In this document: positions 1 through 8,740 of the stretch, in pieces
Layout of the letters: each line of letters opens with the position of its first letter
Numbering within the stretch: the stretch's first letter is position 1
Assembly: GCA_026986655.1 (NCBI GenBank)
Contig: JALSOD010000190.1
Coordinates: forward strand, 1 to 35,467
DNA: 35,467 bases
Direction: 5' to 3'
From: a candidate division WOR-3 bacterium
Lineage (GTDB): Bacteria > Hydrothermota > Hydrothermia > B15-G9 > WFZT01
Translations under genes and position numbers: made by a program
Notes under the pieces: model-generated
Told to the model about the DNA's origin: nothing
Seen by the model: the letters and a program-made list of their open reading frames with translations, nothing else
Databases searched by the model: none

Positions 1-1261
1 TGGCTTTTGGGTTGTTTTCTGCACATAGAACACTAAGGTTAGGCAATAATTCATATAGCATCTTTAAGTGATGACCGCAACCCACATCAAGGGCTTGAAT
101 TTTTTCATCTCCAAAGTGCTTTCTGATGATATAAGCAATAAACAATGCCTGCCGAGCATAACCGGGGTGAAATAGTTCAAAAGCGTTGTATAAACCGACG
201 TTAATCCTCTCTTCGAATGACGTTTTAGGCTTGTAAAATACCTTTACGTCCTTTTCGTATAGTTCAAGGATTATCTTAGGTATTGTGGGATGTCCATGGA
301 TTAGGAGTGCTTCCGATGCCAAGACACTTAGCAAGAATGATGAGCTACTTGTTAAATTTTGTAAATACTTAAACTCCTCTTCAGATAATCTTTGCTTATT
401 AGAAAGTTTAAGAATTTTTACCGCTTCATGGAATTTCTCGTCATTTAAGCTAACTAAATCAAAACTCCTAAAAACTCCCGGAAAGATATTGAATAGATAT
501 ATTAACACTCTGTGATTATCTTCAATTAGGTAGGGTTTTAGGTTTTTTACTTTAAGCGAAGAAAGAATATCTTTTAGTTTTCTTAGATCATCTTTCGTAT
601 ATTCTCCATGAAGTTCGATTCTAAACACCGGGATGCCTAAAAGACATTCTTCACTTAGCCTGCTCAACAAAGATTTTAAGCCATCCCATTCAACATTGTC
701 GTCTGGAAACGGCCTAACGTATTGACTATAAGGATCCTCAAGCGATGGATATTTTATTGTAATTATTGCCGTTGCTCCTTCATCCATAGCCATGTATATG
801 TGGGGCACATCAGCTCTGAATTCCATCTCTTCTCCAGCTTTTAAGAGCTTAGGAGATGATATCGAACCCACTAACATGCTACCATTCACTACGAGAATCT
901 TCTCGATCACTCCTTTTTGATGGGGATTCGCCCTTCTGACACTTCTCGGATTTAAAATCATCTTGTAAACTTCAATTTTCGGCTCACCCTCCGATCGTTC
1001 GATAAGCCGAACGGTTATTCCAGACTCATCAACCTCCTTAAATTCTTCTGGAAGAAGATCTCCGAATGGAACATTAAGGGCATCTGCTATTGCCCATAAT
1101 GTAGATATTGTAGGATTTGCATCCCCAGATTCTATCGCAGATAGCGTTGATTTTGAAATTCCAGCAATTTCAGCAAGACCTGACAATGTAATTCCTCTTT
1201 CCCTTCTTAATTTGGATATCCTCCTTCCAACAGCTACTAATAGAGTATCCTTTTTATCCAC
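1..1261 (-). CDS. XRE-type HTH + cupin-like domain fused to a class I SAM-methyltransferase-like region (C-terminus runs off the window)
   Basis: Manual reverse translation gives an unbroken 420-codon frame from GTG 1261-1259 (GGTGA about 7 nt upstream) to position 1. It reads VDKKDTLLVAVGRRISKLRRERGITLSGLAEIAGISKSTLSAIESGDANPTISTLWAIADAL (HTH_XRE-like), then a beta-rich cupin-like stretch, then ...IQALDVGCGHH (SAM motif I-like). It is absent from the ORF track because it has no stop inside the window. Confidence 0.7.
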   Translation of the reverse strand, partial: MDKKDTLLVAVGRRISKLRRERGITLSGLAEIAGISKSTLSAIESGDANPTISTLWAIADALNVPFGDLLPEEFKEVDESGITVRLIERSEGEPKIEVYKMILNPRSVRRANPHQKGVIEKILVVNGSMLVGSISSPKLLKAGEEMEFRADVPHIYMAMDEGATAIITIKYPSLEDPYSQYVRPFPDDNVEWDGLKSLLSRLSEECLLGIPVFRIELHGEYTKDDLRKLKDILSSLKVKNLKPYLIEDNHRVLIYLFNIFPGVFRSFDLVSLNDEKFHEAVKILKLSNKQRLSEEEFKYLQNLTSSSSFLLSVLASEALLIHGHPTIPKIILELYEKDVKVFYKPKTSFEERINVGLYNAFELFHPGYARQALFIAYIIRKHFGDEKIQALDVGCGHHLKMLYELLPNLSVLCAENNPKA

Positions 1262-1503
1262 TATATTCACCTCACTTTATTGTGTTGTTCGTTATACAGA
1301 ACAAAAGGGTATATATGGTTTGCTGTAACGGGCGGGCATGTCTATTGTCTTACCACCTCTACATTAACACTCAGCAAAACCCCTAAAGCAATCAAACAGC
1401 AGTCATAACAAAGAAGTAGGATGTTGAATATATTTCCGTAATTTATAGATCTTTCATAACTTTGAGAGTTGAGCAATCGTTACAAAGCAACTTTTACCTA
1501 TTT

Positions 1504-1718
1504 TTACGGATTAGGTCTGTGTAGTCCTTTTAGTCTTTTTGTAGCCTGATGGAATTCTTCAATAAGGTAATAAGCTTCGATTCCATACTTTTTGGCATTA
1601 TTTGCCATAACCTTGTCGTTCGTTACCAAGTTAGCTTTGCTGTTGCTATAGAGTAAGAGTCTACAGCTCTACAATGAGTTTTGATCGCGACATCTATAGC
1701 GATGCTGTGAAGATCTCC
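1504..1718 (-). pseudogene. Truncated, frameshifted PIN-domain (VapC-like) remnant
   Basis: One frame reads ...NLVTNDKVMANNAKKYGIEAYYLIEEFHQATKRLKGLHRPNP*, a typical PIN C-terminus (xVTNDxxx), with its stop at 1504-1506. A different frame upstream reads DLHSIAIDVAIKTHCRAVDSYSIATAKLTW*. There is no N-terminal half; it abuts the stop of the 1719..2099 gene. Confidence 0.35.
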
Positions 1719-2099
1719 CTACTCTCTTCCACCACTTTTCAAGTCCAACTGCAAAAGTTCACGCTTCTCCTTTTCGATTTCTCTAAGCCTTCTGGAAATT
1801 TCCTTAGCCCTCTTAACGTTTCGGAACTCCTTAGGAACTTCTTTTCCCAAGTACTTCCACTTAGTCTTACCGCCTTCTTTCCAGACCAAGTAGTAATAGG
1901 GACCGTGAGGACACCTTCTACAACCTTCTTTTCCGCACTTAACGTATTTGACGACAATACTTCCATTTGGATAACCGCCAAGCTCTTCGAGTTCTTTCAA
2001 CAATTTTCTCTCCTCTTCTTCAAGCTCTTTCAACCTTCTTTTCCGTTCTTCAATCTCTTCTAACGCCCTTCTCAACTTCTTCTCTATGTTTTCTAACAT
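1719..2099 (-). CDS. Small coiled-coil + Zn-ribbon-like protein (KCGKxGCxxCPHGPYYY motif), paralog of 27249..27632
   Basis: 126-aa ORF. KELEEEERKLLKELEELGGYPNGSIVVKYVKCGKEGCRRCPHGPYYYLVWKEGGKTKWKYLGK is near-identical in pattern to the 27249..27632 product. A TATA-like TATTTAC (2121-2127) lies about 25 nt upstream of the ATG, so the transcript may be leaderless. Confidence 0.75.
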   Translation of the reverse strand: MLENIEKKLRRALEEIEERKRRLKELEEEERKLLKELEELGGYPNGSIVVKYVKCGKEGCRRCPHGPYYYLVWKEGGKTKWKYLGKEVPKEFRNVKRAKEISRRLREIEKEKRELLQLDLKSGGRE

Positions 2100-2102
2100 G
2101 AT

Positions 2103-2145
2103 CTTACCTAACCGATAACGTATTTACCACTTGCGGTTTGGTAAG
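2103..2145. repeat. Palindromic element copy 1a: CTTACCTAAC-N23-GTTTGGTAAG (right arm 1 mismatch)
   Basis: Read directly: left arm 2103-2112, right arm 2136-2145. The spacer contains AACGTATTTACCA (TATA-like). It sits in the divergent intergenic region between 1719..2099(-) and 2260..3300(+). Confidence 0.7.
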
Positions 2146-2148
2146 AGT

Positions 2149-2191
2149 CTTACCTAACCTCGACAGTAAAATCGTCTATAAGTTTGGTAAG
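2149..2191. repeat. Palindromic element copy 1b: CTTACCTAAC-N23-GTTTGGTAAG
   Basis: Left arm 2149-2158, right arm 2182-2191. It is tandem to copy 1a, separated by 3 nt. Confidence 0.6.
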
Positions 2192-2259
2192 ATCAACTCG
2201 AATAAAACAAACCTCAAAATCTTAAATAATATCCCGACGAATCCAATTGAGGGATAAAC

Positions 2260-3300
2260 ATGGATATAGTTTTTCACGACAGGGAGAAGGAGATCGAAGA
2301 GATAACGAGAATTCTAAAGAGTAGACCCGATTTAATCACGTTCGTCTATGGGCCGATAAATTCTGGGAAGTCGAGTTTGATGGATGAAGTGGTAAGGAGG
2401 TTACCGGAAAATTTCGTAACGTTTTTCATAGATTTGAGGGCGCACGTAGTTACGAACGTCGAAGAGTTTTACGATGTTCTTTTCAGCTACGAGGTAGGGT
2501 TGAAGAGAAAGATAACCAAGTTTAGCGACGTTATATCTTCTCTGGTATCTTCTGCAGTTAGAGTTTATTCGGGATTTCCTTTACCGGAGAGCCTGATTAG
2601 CAAAGTTCTGACGAAAGATAAACCTAAAAACGCATTCACCTACATCTTCAACGTCTTACAGGAACTTAAATCCAAAGGCAAAAGTCCCGTTATAATACTG
2701 GATGAACTTCAAGTCATAGGCGACCTAAAAATCGACGGACCGCTTATCTACGAACTCTTCAACTTCTTCGTAACCATCTCAAAACGCTACCACCTCGCCC
2801 ACGTCTTCGCTATCACTTCCGACTCACTCTTCATCGAGAAAGTTCACTCCGAAGCGATGCTCCACGGGAGATGCGATTACCTCTTAGTGGATGACTTCGA
2901 CTACGATACCACCAAAGAATTTCTGCAAAAATACGGATTTAGCCGGGAAGAGATCGAGTTAGCTTGGGAATACTTAGGCGGAAAACCGGTTTACTTGGTA
3001 GGAGCTATCAAGAACAAAGACAGGTTGAGAGAGTTTTGTGAGAACGTGCTAAAGGTAAGGTTCAGCCAGATTTTAGACACGATTTACGGAATTGAGGGTA
3101 AATTGTTCGAAGATGTTCTGAGCTACTTTAGAGAGATTTCGGAGAAAGAATCAGTGAGATATAGGAAGATCGACGAAGCTCTCAGGTTCTGCGTTAGGAA
3201 CAACATCCTGTTCTTGGATCCGGTAGAAAGAATCGTTAAGCCTCAGTCCCGCACAGACCTCCTCGCTATCAGAAAAGTCCTAAGCGAGATCCGTGATTAG
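2260..3300 (+). CDS. Archaeal AAA+ ATPase (Arch-ATPase family-like)
   Basis: 346-aa ORF with Walker A VYGPINSGKSSL and Walker B VIILDELQ. The N-terminus FHDREKEIEEI is typical of the archaeal ATPase family. GAGGG lies upstream of the ATG. Confidence 0.8.
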   Translation: MDIVFHDREKEIEEITRILKSRPDLITFVYGPINSGKSSLMDEVVRRLPENFVTFFIDLRAHVVTNVEEFYDVLFSYEVGLKRKITKFSDVISSLVSSAVRVYSGFPLPESLISKVLTKDKPKNAFTYIFNVLQELKSKGKSPVIILDELQVIGDLKIDGPLIYELFNFFVTISKRYHLAHVFAITSDSLFIEKVHSEAMLHGRCDYLLVDDFDYDTTKEFLQKYGFSREEIELAWEYLGGKPVYLVGAIKNKDRLREFCENVLKVRFSQILDTIYGIEGKLFEDVLSYFREISEKESVRYRKIDEALRFCVRNNILFLDPVERIVKPQSRTDLLAIRKVLSEIRD

Positions 3301-3356
3301 ATTAGGAGTGGAAATTACTTAGAGCAGGGCGAAACCGATTGATTTACCAGAGTTCA

Positions 3357-4178
3357 TTAAATCACTCGTAAACTGAAGTCGAGCCATTTTGAGGAGTGGG
3401 TTATGTATCCTGACGATATCACGTCCACACCAGTTTTAGCGTAACACTCGACGTTATCAGGGGTAATTCCGCCTGAGGCCTCTAATAGCACGCGATCTCT
3501 TAAACTTCTTTTTTCGAGCTCTCTTACGGCGGATTCCACCTCCTCGACGCTCATGTTATCAAACATTATTATGTCGACATTCATCTCTGCAACTTTAACA
3601 GCTTCATCCACAGTTTTAACTTCTACTTCAACTTTCTTGGTGAAAGATGTTTTTGCAAACTCGATGGCCTTCTCCAATCCGAAAATTCTGATGAGATTAC
3701 GCTTTACTATGACGCAGTCTCCGAGGGAATATCTGTGCGGATCGCCTCCACCGATCTCTATCGCCATCTTTTCGAACAGCCTAAAGCCCGGAGTTGTTTT
3801 CCTCGTTCCGGCTATTATCACGTTCGGATTAACCCTCCTTGCCTTCTCCACCATCTTTGCGACTGTGGTCGCTATCCCACTCATCCTCATTAGTATGTTT
3901 AAAGCCGTTCTCTCAACCTCGAATATCTCTTTGGCGTTGCCATCAACACGAATAACCACATCTCCTCTCCTCACTTTACTTCCATCCTCAACTTCAGCCA
4001 CGGCATCAACGCCTACGAGATCGAAGAGAATCCTTAACACTTCAACTCCTGCAACAACCCCCTCATCCTTCGAAACTATCTCCGCCCTAATTGCTTTGTC
4101 CGGAATTCTCAAAGCATTTCCCGTTGCGAGATCCTCTTCAAGATATTCGAGCAGTTTCTTCCTTATAATCGCTTTCAA
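3357..4178 (-). CDS. nadC: Nicotinate-nucleotide pyrophosphorylase (quinolinate phosphoribosyltransferase)
   Basis: 273 aa with the GTRKTTPGFR motif and a TIM-barrel-like C-terminal half. It overlaps the upstream nadX stop by 4 nt. It is the last gene of the nadA-nadX-nadC operon. Confidence 0.9.
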   Translation of the reverse strand: MKAIIRKKLLEYLEEDLATGNALRIPDKAIRAEIVSKDEGVVAGVEVLRILFDLVGVDAVAEVEDGSKVRRGDVVIRVDGNAKEIFEVERTALNILMRMSGIATTVAKMVEKARRVNPNVIIAGTRKTTPGFRLFEKMAIEIGGGDPHRYSLGDCVIVKRNLIRIFGLEKAIEFAKTSFTKKVEVEVKTVDEAVKVAEMNVDIIMFDNMSVEEVESAVRELEKRSLRDRVLLEASGGITPDNVECYAKTGVDVISSGYITHSSKWLDFSLRVI

Positions 4179-4927
4179 GTCCCTATCACCACCACTCCTT
4201 CCAAATCCTTAAGCAACCTCACAGCCGAAAGCGCAGCCAAAAGACTCGTCCTATCGTTCATCTTCACATTCTTAGTGATCGTCACAATTTCTCCGAAATC
4301 CCCCCTCACCCTAATCTCGTGAACATTTTTCTCCACATCGGGATCGGCGATTATCTTCACCCTAGTTCTCTCATATCCGACTCCGGCCAAGCTCAGAGTT
4401 GCCGCGATGTTCACGTTCTGGGGGAACAACCTTATGGCATCTTTTGCACTGCCCTCAAATAAGATCGTCGGCTTTTCTGTTCTCAATCCGAAGGCCTTTG
4501 GGTTCTTCCTTGTTATGAGCTCCACTTCCGCAATCATATCGGATACGGCCTTAACGCCATCTATCCCCACGATAGCTCCAGACGGAATGTATACCCTTTT
4601 GCCGTTTCTTCTCGCAACTCTCTCAAGCTTCTTTAGGAACTTTTCATCCAATGCACCAACGCTCAACACCATTAAATCCTTTCCCGACTCAAGTATCCTT
4701 TCCCCATAATCCCTCACAGCCTTTTGTGATGCAGCCTCAACGACCAAGTCCATTTCCAAAGATACGAATTCCTCAAAGCTTTTAGCAACCTTGGGCTTGA
4801 ATTTGAGCTCTTCGGCAAGCCTCACTGCCTTATCCCTAACCACATCGAACAATGCAACGACTCTTCCATCCATCACCTTGGCTATGAACGATCCTATTGC
4901 CCCGCAACCTATTATTCCAATCTTCAT
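4175..4927 (-). CDS. nadX: L-aspartate dehydrogenase (NadX type)
   Basis: 250 aa with an N-terminal Rossmann motif IGIIGCGAIG. The central VEAASQKAVRDYGERIL and C-terminal NVNIAATLSLAG...HEIRVRGDFGE resemble the Archaeoglobus/Thermotoga aspartate dehydrogenases as I recall them. It has 4-nt overlaps with both neighbours. Confidence 0.85.
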   Translation of the reverse strand: MKIGIIGCGAIGSFIAKVMDGRVVALFDVVRDKAVRLAEELKFKPKVAKSFEEFVSLEMDLVVEAASQKAVRDYGERILESGKDLMVLSVGALDEKFLKKLERVARRNGKRVYIPSGAIVGIDGVKAVSDMIAEVELITRKNPKAFGLRTEKPTILFEGSAKDAIRLFPQNVNIAATLSLAGVGYERTRVKIIADPDVEKNVHEIRVRGDFGEIVTITKNVKMNDRTSLLAALSAVRLLKDLEGVVVIGT

Positions 4928-5832
4928 GACCTTCCACCCCTCGAAATCTCCATCATTCGCTCTATAGCTCTCTTAGCCTTTCTCGCCACATCACTCGGAA
5001 CTTCTACTACATTTCTCTCCTCCCTCAAAGCCCTTAAAACATCCCTAAGCGTGTTCATCTTCATCTCTCTGCATATCACGCATTTCAAAGGATCTACTCG
5101 ATAACCTTCCGCCTTAAGCCTCTCTATCAGCCCGATCTCAGTTCCTATTACCGCACTTCCATGCTTTCTGACGAACTCCACCATCTGGCTCGTGGAACCA
5201 ATGTAATCCGACAACAGCTGAACTTCGGGGTTGCATTCAGGATGAACTATTATTGGAACTCCCTTAGCCTTAGCCCTAATAACATCCGATCTATCGAATT
5301 GGACGTGGACGTAGCAATGCCCACCCTCGGGAACGGGAATAACTCTCTTTTTAGTCTTCCATTCCGCAAACCAAGCCAAATTCCTATCCGGCCCAAGCAA
5401 AACTTCGTCGGAATTAAGCGATTTCACAACTCTAACAACGTTTGCGGAGGTGCAACATATATCCGCTTCCGCCTTAACTTCCGCATAAGTGTTGACGTAG
5501 GCTACAAATGGTAACCCATTTTCCTTCGCCTTATCGACCATTTCAGCATTGAGCTGCGATGCCATAGGACACTTAGCTTCCACTGGAATCAGAACAGTCT
5601 TCTCTGGATTCAAAATGGCTGCCGTTTCCGCCATGAAATCCACTCCGCAAAATATTATAACATCCGCATCCGTCTTCGATGCCATTACGGACAACTCCAA
5701 ACTATCGCCTACGAAATCCGCTATCTTCTGAATTTCCAAACGTTGATAGCTGTGCGCCAGTATAACTGCATTCTTCTCCTTCTTTAGTCTAATTATCTCC
5801 TTCACTAAATTCGAACACATGTTCGCGAACAC
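4924..5832 (-). CDS. nadA: Quinolinate synthase
   Basis: 302 aa. AVILAHSYQ, FCGVDFMAETA and HPECNPEV are characteristic NadA blocks. It is the first gene of the operon. The true start may be the internal Met (MCSNL...). Confidence 0.9.
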   Translation of the reverse strand: MFANMCSNLVKEIIRLKKEKNAVILAHSYQRLEIQKIADFVGDSLELSVMASKTDADVIIFCGVDFMAETAAILNPEKTVLIPVEAKCPMASQLNAEMVDKAKENGLPFVAYVNTYAEVKAEADICCTSANVVRVVKSLNSDEVLLGPDRNLAWFAEWKTKKRVIPVPEGGHCYVHVQFDRSDVIRAKAKGVPIIVHPECNPEVQLLSDYIGSTSQMVEFVRKHGSAVIGTEIGLIERLKAEGYRVDPLKCVICREMKMNTLRDVLRALREERNVVEVPSDVARKAKRAIERMMEISRGGRS

Positions 5833-5982
5833 GTGTTCGGTTAAGCCTTATAAGGTTAACGGTAGTTCCGAATGATCGTATGACGGTTCTGCAGATTCTC
5901 CACCATTTACAACCTTTGTAAACTTTCCTTACCCATACCGGCAAAGCTTTGTCTAATTTCCTTTTGACGTAACTCCGATCCA

Positions 5983-6339
5983 CTACGAAATTAATCCTGA
6001 TGGAAAGCAGAAATAGAGCGAATTCGTCGCCGATATTCCTGGATTTCGACACGCTTTACCCTTCTCGTAAGGACAAAACCTGCAAACGTCGTCAGCACTT
6101 TCAACAACTCCAACCTGCCTCTTCTTCAGGACCCTAAACATGTTCTTAACAAAACTCCGATTGTGCCCCTCTTCTGTTCTGGCTATCTGCTACTTCCATA
6201 AACAGTAAACGTTTCCTTCAATCTTGTCGAAAGTATTTCCTCCCCTGAAAATTGAATATTCGTAAGTCGGTACCTCTTTCTCGTAATTCTCGTAACAACC
6301 AAATGTCATGCAGTTTAAACAGAAGTTAGCTTTGATCAT
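5983..6339 (-). pseudogene. Cys-rich DUF1284-like gene interrupted by an in-frame TAG and decayed at the 3' end
   Basis: From ATG 6339-6337 the frame reads MIKANFCLNCMTFGCYENYEKEVPTYEYSIFRGGNTFDKIEGNVYCLWK*. The stop is codon 50 at 6192-6190. The same frame continues QIARTEEGHNRSFVKNMFRVLKKRQVGVVESADDVCRFCPYEKGKAC. The downstream part changes frame again. Confidence 0.4.
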
Positions 6340-6378
6340 AGCAACTTAATAGGATGAGCAGTAAAGAGGTGTTAGAAA

Positions 6379-6686
6379 ATGGAGACGTTTGTTTATGTAA
6401 TGGATGAGTATATCCCAACCGATCTGACTAAGAAAGAGGTTTTAGAAGCCTTTAAAGAGACAAGCTGAAACCTTTTGAATTCGTAAGAGATATCGTTGAG
6501 GATAAAGGTGTCGAAGGGATAAGCGATATAACATTCTACAATGCCTATTTTAAGCGTGATGAGTTTTTAATCGAATACTTAGTTGATTTTAGTGCAGGTA
6601 CAATTGCCGTTAAAGTCATAGGTTCCAGCGATCCGAGAAGAATGCTCGTAGAGTACTATAGATATATCCAGCAAACTAAAGCTTAA
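6379..6686 (+). pseudogene. Small hypothetical gene split by a frameshift
   Basis: ATG 6379 gives METFVYVMDEYIPTDLTKKEVLEAFKETS* with TGA at 6466-6468. A different frame then continues from 6468: KPFEFVRDIVEDKGVEGISDITFYNAYFKRDEFLIEYLVDFSAGTIAVKVIGSSDPRRMLVEYYRYIQQTKA* (stop 6684-6686). Confidence 0.35.
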
Positions 6687-6984
6687 TCCATCTGATCTTA
6701 TCTTCACCCTTTATCTTCTTGAAATACTCAATCTCTTCTCTCATTCCCTCCGTAATCTCATCTCCAAAAACCCAAAGTTCATCACAAAATTCGAGCAATT
6801 TCTTGTTCATATCTAAAGCTTTTCTTCGATCTTCTGGATTGTAATCATCCATGAACTGGCTAAAGTAGACGTGAGGAGCTATTGGAATATAGCCCATATC
6901 AACGAGCATCCTACAATACTTCTTTGCCTTCTCGATGTTCTCTTGCTTTCCTTGAAAAGGAGAGCAGACAAATACAATCTTCAT
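6676..6984 (-). CDS. Nucleoside 2-deoxyribosyltransferase-like small protein (DUF4406-like)
   Basis: 102 aa. The pattern VFVCSPFQG...A..Y......G.IPIAPH..F......ED...AL......L..CDELWVFG..ITEGM..EI matches the Rossmann-like deoxyribosyltransferase-like fold families as I recall them. Confidence 0.5.
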   Translation of the reverse strand: MKIVFVCSPFQGKQENIEKAKKYCRMLVDMGYIPIAPHVYFSQFMDDYNPEDRRKALDMNKKLLEFCDELWVFGDEITEGMREEIEYFKKIKGEDKIRWIKL

Positions 6985-7039
6985 CGTTGTTTTCTAATTG
7001 GGATTAAATATATAACGTATGCTTTACGAGTGGATATTA

Positions 7040-7300
7040 ATGGAAGAGATATTAGTTAAAGTTCCTAAGGATTTGGTTAGGATTCTGAAAGTGAGAGATG
7101 AGGACGTTCCGAAACTCGTCAGGCTCTACTTAGCTATTGAGCTTTATAGGGAAGGAAAGGTCAGCTTAGGAAAAGCCGCTGAGATAGCTGGAGTTAGCAA
7201 GTGGGAAATGATGGAAATCCTAGCATCCAAGAATATTCCGATACAGTACAGCGTAGATGATTTAGAGAAGGACATAAAGACATTGGAAGAGATATTATGA
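7040..7300 (+). CDS. UPF0175-family antitoxin-like protein (pair 1)
   Basis: MEEILVKVPKDLVRIL...LAIELYREGKVSLGKAAEIAGVSKWEMMEIL matches the two paralogs at 8724..8993 and 9934..10239. Its stop overlaps the start of the next gene by 4 nt. The ORF track starts at 7019; I prefer the Met at 7040 by alignment with the paralogs. Confidence 0.8.
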   Translation: MEEILVKVPKDLVRILKVRDEDVPKLVRLYLAIELYREGKVSLGKAAEIAGVSKWEMMEILASKNIPIQYSVDDLEKDIKTLEEIL

Positions 7301-7794
7301 TCGTAGTTTCAAATTCTAGTCCTCTAATTGCATTAGCTAAGATCGGGAAATTGTATATTCTAAGAGAACTCTTTAAAGAGATTATAATTCCGAAAGCTGT
7401 TTGGAATGAGGTTGTTGTTAAAGGCAAAGGAAAGCCAGGAGCTGAAGAGGTAGAAAAAGCGGAGTGGATTAAAGTCAGAGAAGTTAAGGATAGGCTTAGC
7501 GTTGAAGTTCTAAAGGGGGAAATAGAGATTGGAGAGGCAGAGGCAATAATTCTAGCAAAAGAGCTTAATGCTGATTTACTCATAATGGATGAGAAGATAC
7601 CAAGGATTATTGCCGAATCCATTGGCTTGAGAGTTATTGGTTCTCTTGCAATTCTCTATATTGCTAAGAAAAGAGGATTGATCAAGGAAGATTTCGACGA
7701 AATCGTTAAAGAATTGAGAGCTAGGGGCATTAGATTCAGCGATGACGTAATTAATAGACTAAAGCAAAAGTGGAAGAATAAAAACCTATTCTAA
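7297..7794 (+). CDS. DUF3368-type PIN-like nuclease toxin (pair 1)
   Basis: 165 aa. The N-terminus VVSNSSPLIALAKIGKLYILRELF plus GEAEAIILAKELNADLLIMDE is shared with 8276..8740 and 9446..9937. Confidence 0.8.
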   Translation: MIVVSNSSPLIALAKIGKLYILRELFKEIIIPKAVWNEVVVKGKGKPGAEEVEKAEWIKVREVKDRLSVEVLKGEIEIGEAEAIILAKELNADLLIMDEKIPRIIAESIGLRVIGSLAILYIAKKRGLIKEDFDEIVKELRARGIRFSDDVINRLKQKWKNKNLF

Positions 7795-8279
7795 CTTTTG
7801 CACCACCTAACTTCTGTATTATCTGACACGACAACAAAAACTGAAGGATCAGTTTCCAAAACTTCATAAAGAACTGGAAGATCAGTTGATAACCCTTTTA
7901 CGGCAACAATTTCTCCAACAGATAGTACTCTACCCTTTAAAATGAGCTTTATTAAATCTTCCTTCGTTCTTGCAATTATTCTCGGAATCCACGTATGCTT
8001 TGAGAGCTCCTCTCCTGCTAAGACTACCCTTTTAGCTATTGCAGGCTCAAATTTATCAACTTCAACGTAATCACCAATCTCTATGCCAGCATTCTTCGCT
8101 GTGACTTCGTCAAGTCAAATAACCCTCTTATCCCCTCTCTTAGTCCAGACCTTTGTAGCAGTTTTCATCTTCCCTGAAATAAGCACATATTCCCCGGGTT
8201 GAATTCCTATATTCTTGCTAATCCTAACAATACCTCTATATTTCTCCACCTCTTTGAGAATTGCTGTCTTCAGCTTCAT
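7791..8279 (-). pseudogene. Stand-alone CDC48/VAT N-terminal-domain-like protein with an in-frame TGA
   Basis: ATG 8279-8277 forms ATGA with the stop of the upstream PIN gene. The frame reads MKLKTAILKEVEKYRGIVRISKNIGIQPGEYVLISGKMKTATKVWTKRGDKRVI*, with TGA as codon 55 (8117-8115). The same frame continues LDEVTAKNAGIEIGDYVEVDKFEPAIAKRVVLAG... to TAG at 7793-7791. Confidence 0.5.
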
Positions 8280-8740
8280 AATAATCTTCTAAGGGTATCT
8301 TTATCGATTCTTATTCCAGCCTTCACTAATTTTTCAATTTCAGTGTTCAGATCTTTAATTAAACCGAGTTTATATGCTTTCAGTAATATACCTAAGGTTC
8401 CAACGATCTTAATACCCCTTCTTTCGGCTATCTTTCTTCCTTTTCTTTCATCAATTATTAATGGTAATTTAAGTTTTTCAGCTAACATTATAGCTTCAGC
8501 CTCTCCTCTTCCCAAAATTAGCTCCAATTCAGGGCTTATTTGAGCTGTTTCCACCTTAATCCAGCCATTATTTACACCTTCCTCCACCTCTTTGCTACCG
8601 GCCCTTCCAGCTCCAACTACCACAACCTCACGATAAACGGATTTAGGAATGTATACAAGCTTAAATAAATCCTTGAGTAGGTTAAATCTGTCTATTTTGG
8701 CGAGTAAAATTAGTGGTGATGAGTTAGATACTGTCGACAT
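8276..8740 (-). CDS. DUF3368-type PIN-like nuclease toxin (pair 2)
   Basis: 154 aa: STVSNSSPLILLAKIDRFNLLKDLF...GEAEAIMLAEKLKLPLIIDE. It overlaps its antitoxin gene. Confidence 0.8.
   Translation of the reverse strand: MSTVSNSSPLILLAKIDRFNLLKDLFKLVYIPKSVYREVVVVGAGRAGSKEVEEGVNNGWIKVETAQISPELELILGRGEAEAIMLAEKLKLPLIIDERKGRKIAERRGIKIVGTLGILLKAYKLGLIKDLNTEIEKLVKAGIRIDKDTLRRLL

Noticed and set aside
285-515. 76-aa plus-strand ORF from the track.
   Set aside because: It is embedded in the continuous 420-codon minus-strand HTH-cupin-MTase-like frame, which has recognisable domains.
3553-4212. 219-aa plus-strand ORF, and similar long antisense ORFs at 4407..4709, 5161..5514, 7194..7622, 8199..8543, 9351..9905, 9902..10252, 12171..12575, 19152..19865 and 20712..21068.
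   Set aside because: All lie fully inside well-supported genes on the opposite strand. They have Ser/Leu/Thr/Phe-rich low-complexity translations typical of the antisense of Lys/Glu-rich archaeal genes, and no ribosome sites.
3357-5832. nadA-nadX-nadC as part of a mobile or defence island.
   Set aside because: It is a core NAD biosynthesis operon with ordinary tight coupling. It merely sits between accessory segments.
5789-6052. 87-aa minus-strand ORF overlapping the nadA start.
   Set aside because: It overlaps the nadA 5' end and looks like the out-of-frame tail of the decayed DUF1284-like gene. It is not an independent gene.
8115-8117. In-frame TGA in the CDC48-N-like ORF as a possible selenocysteine codon.
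   Set aside because: The position does not correspond to a Cys or redox site in this domain family. I see no SECIS-like hairpin in the short 3' region, and the lineage inferred here is not one I know to use Sec. A pseudogene or sequencing error is more parsimonious.
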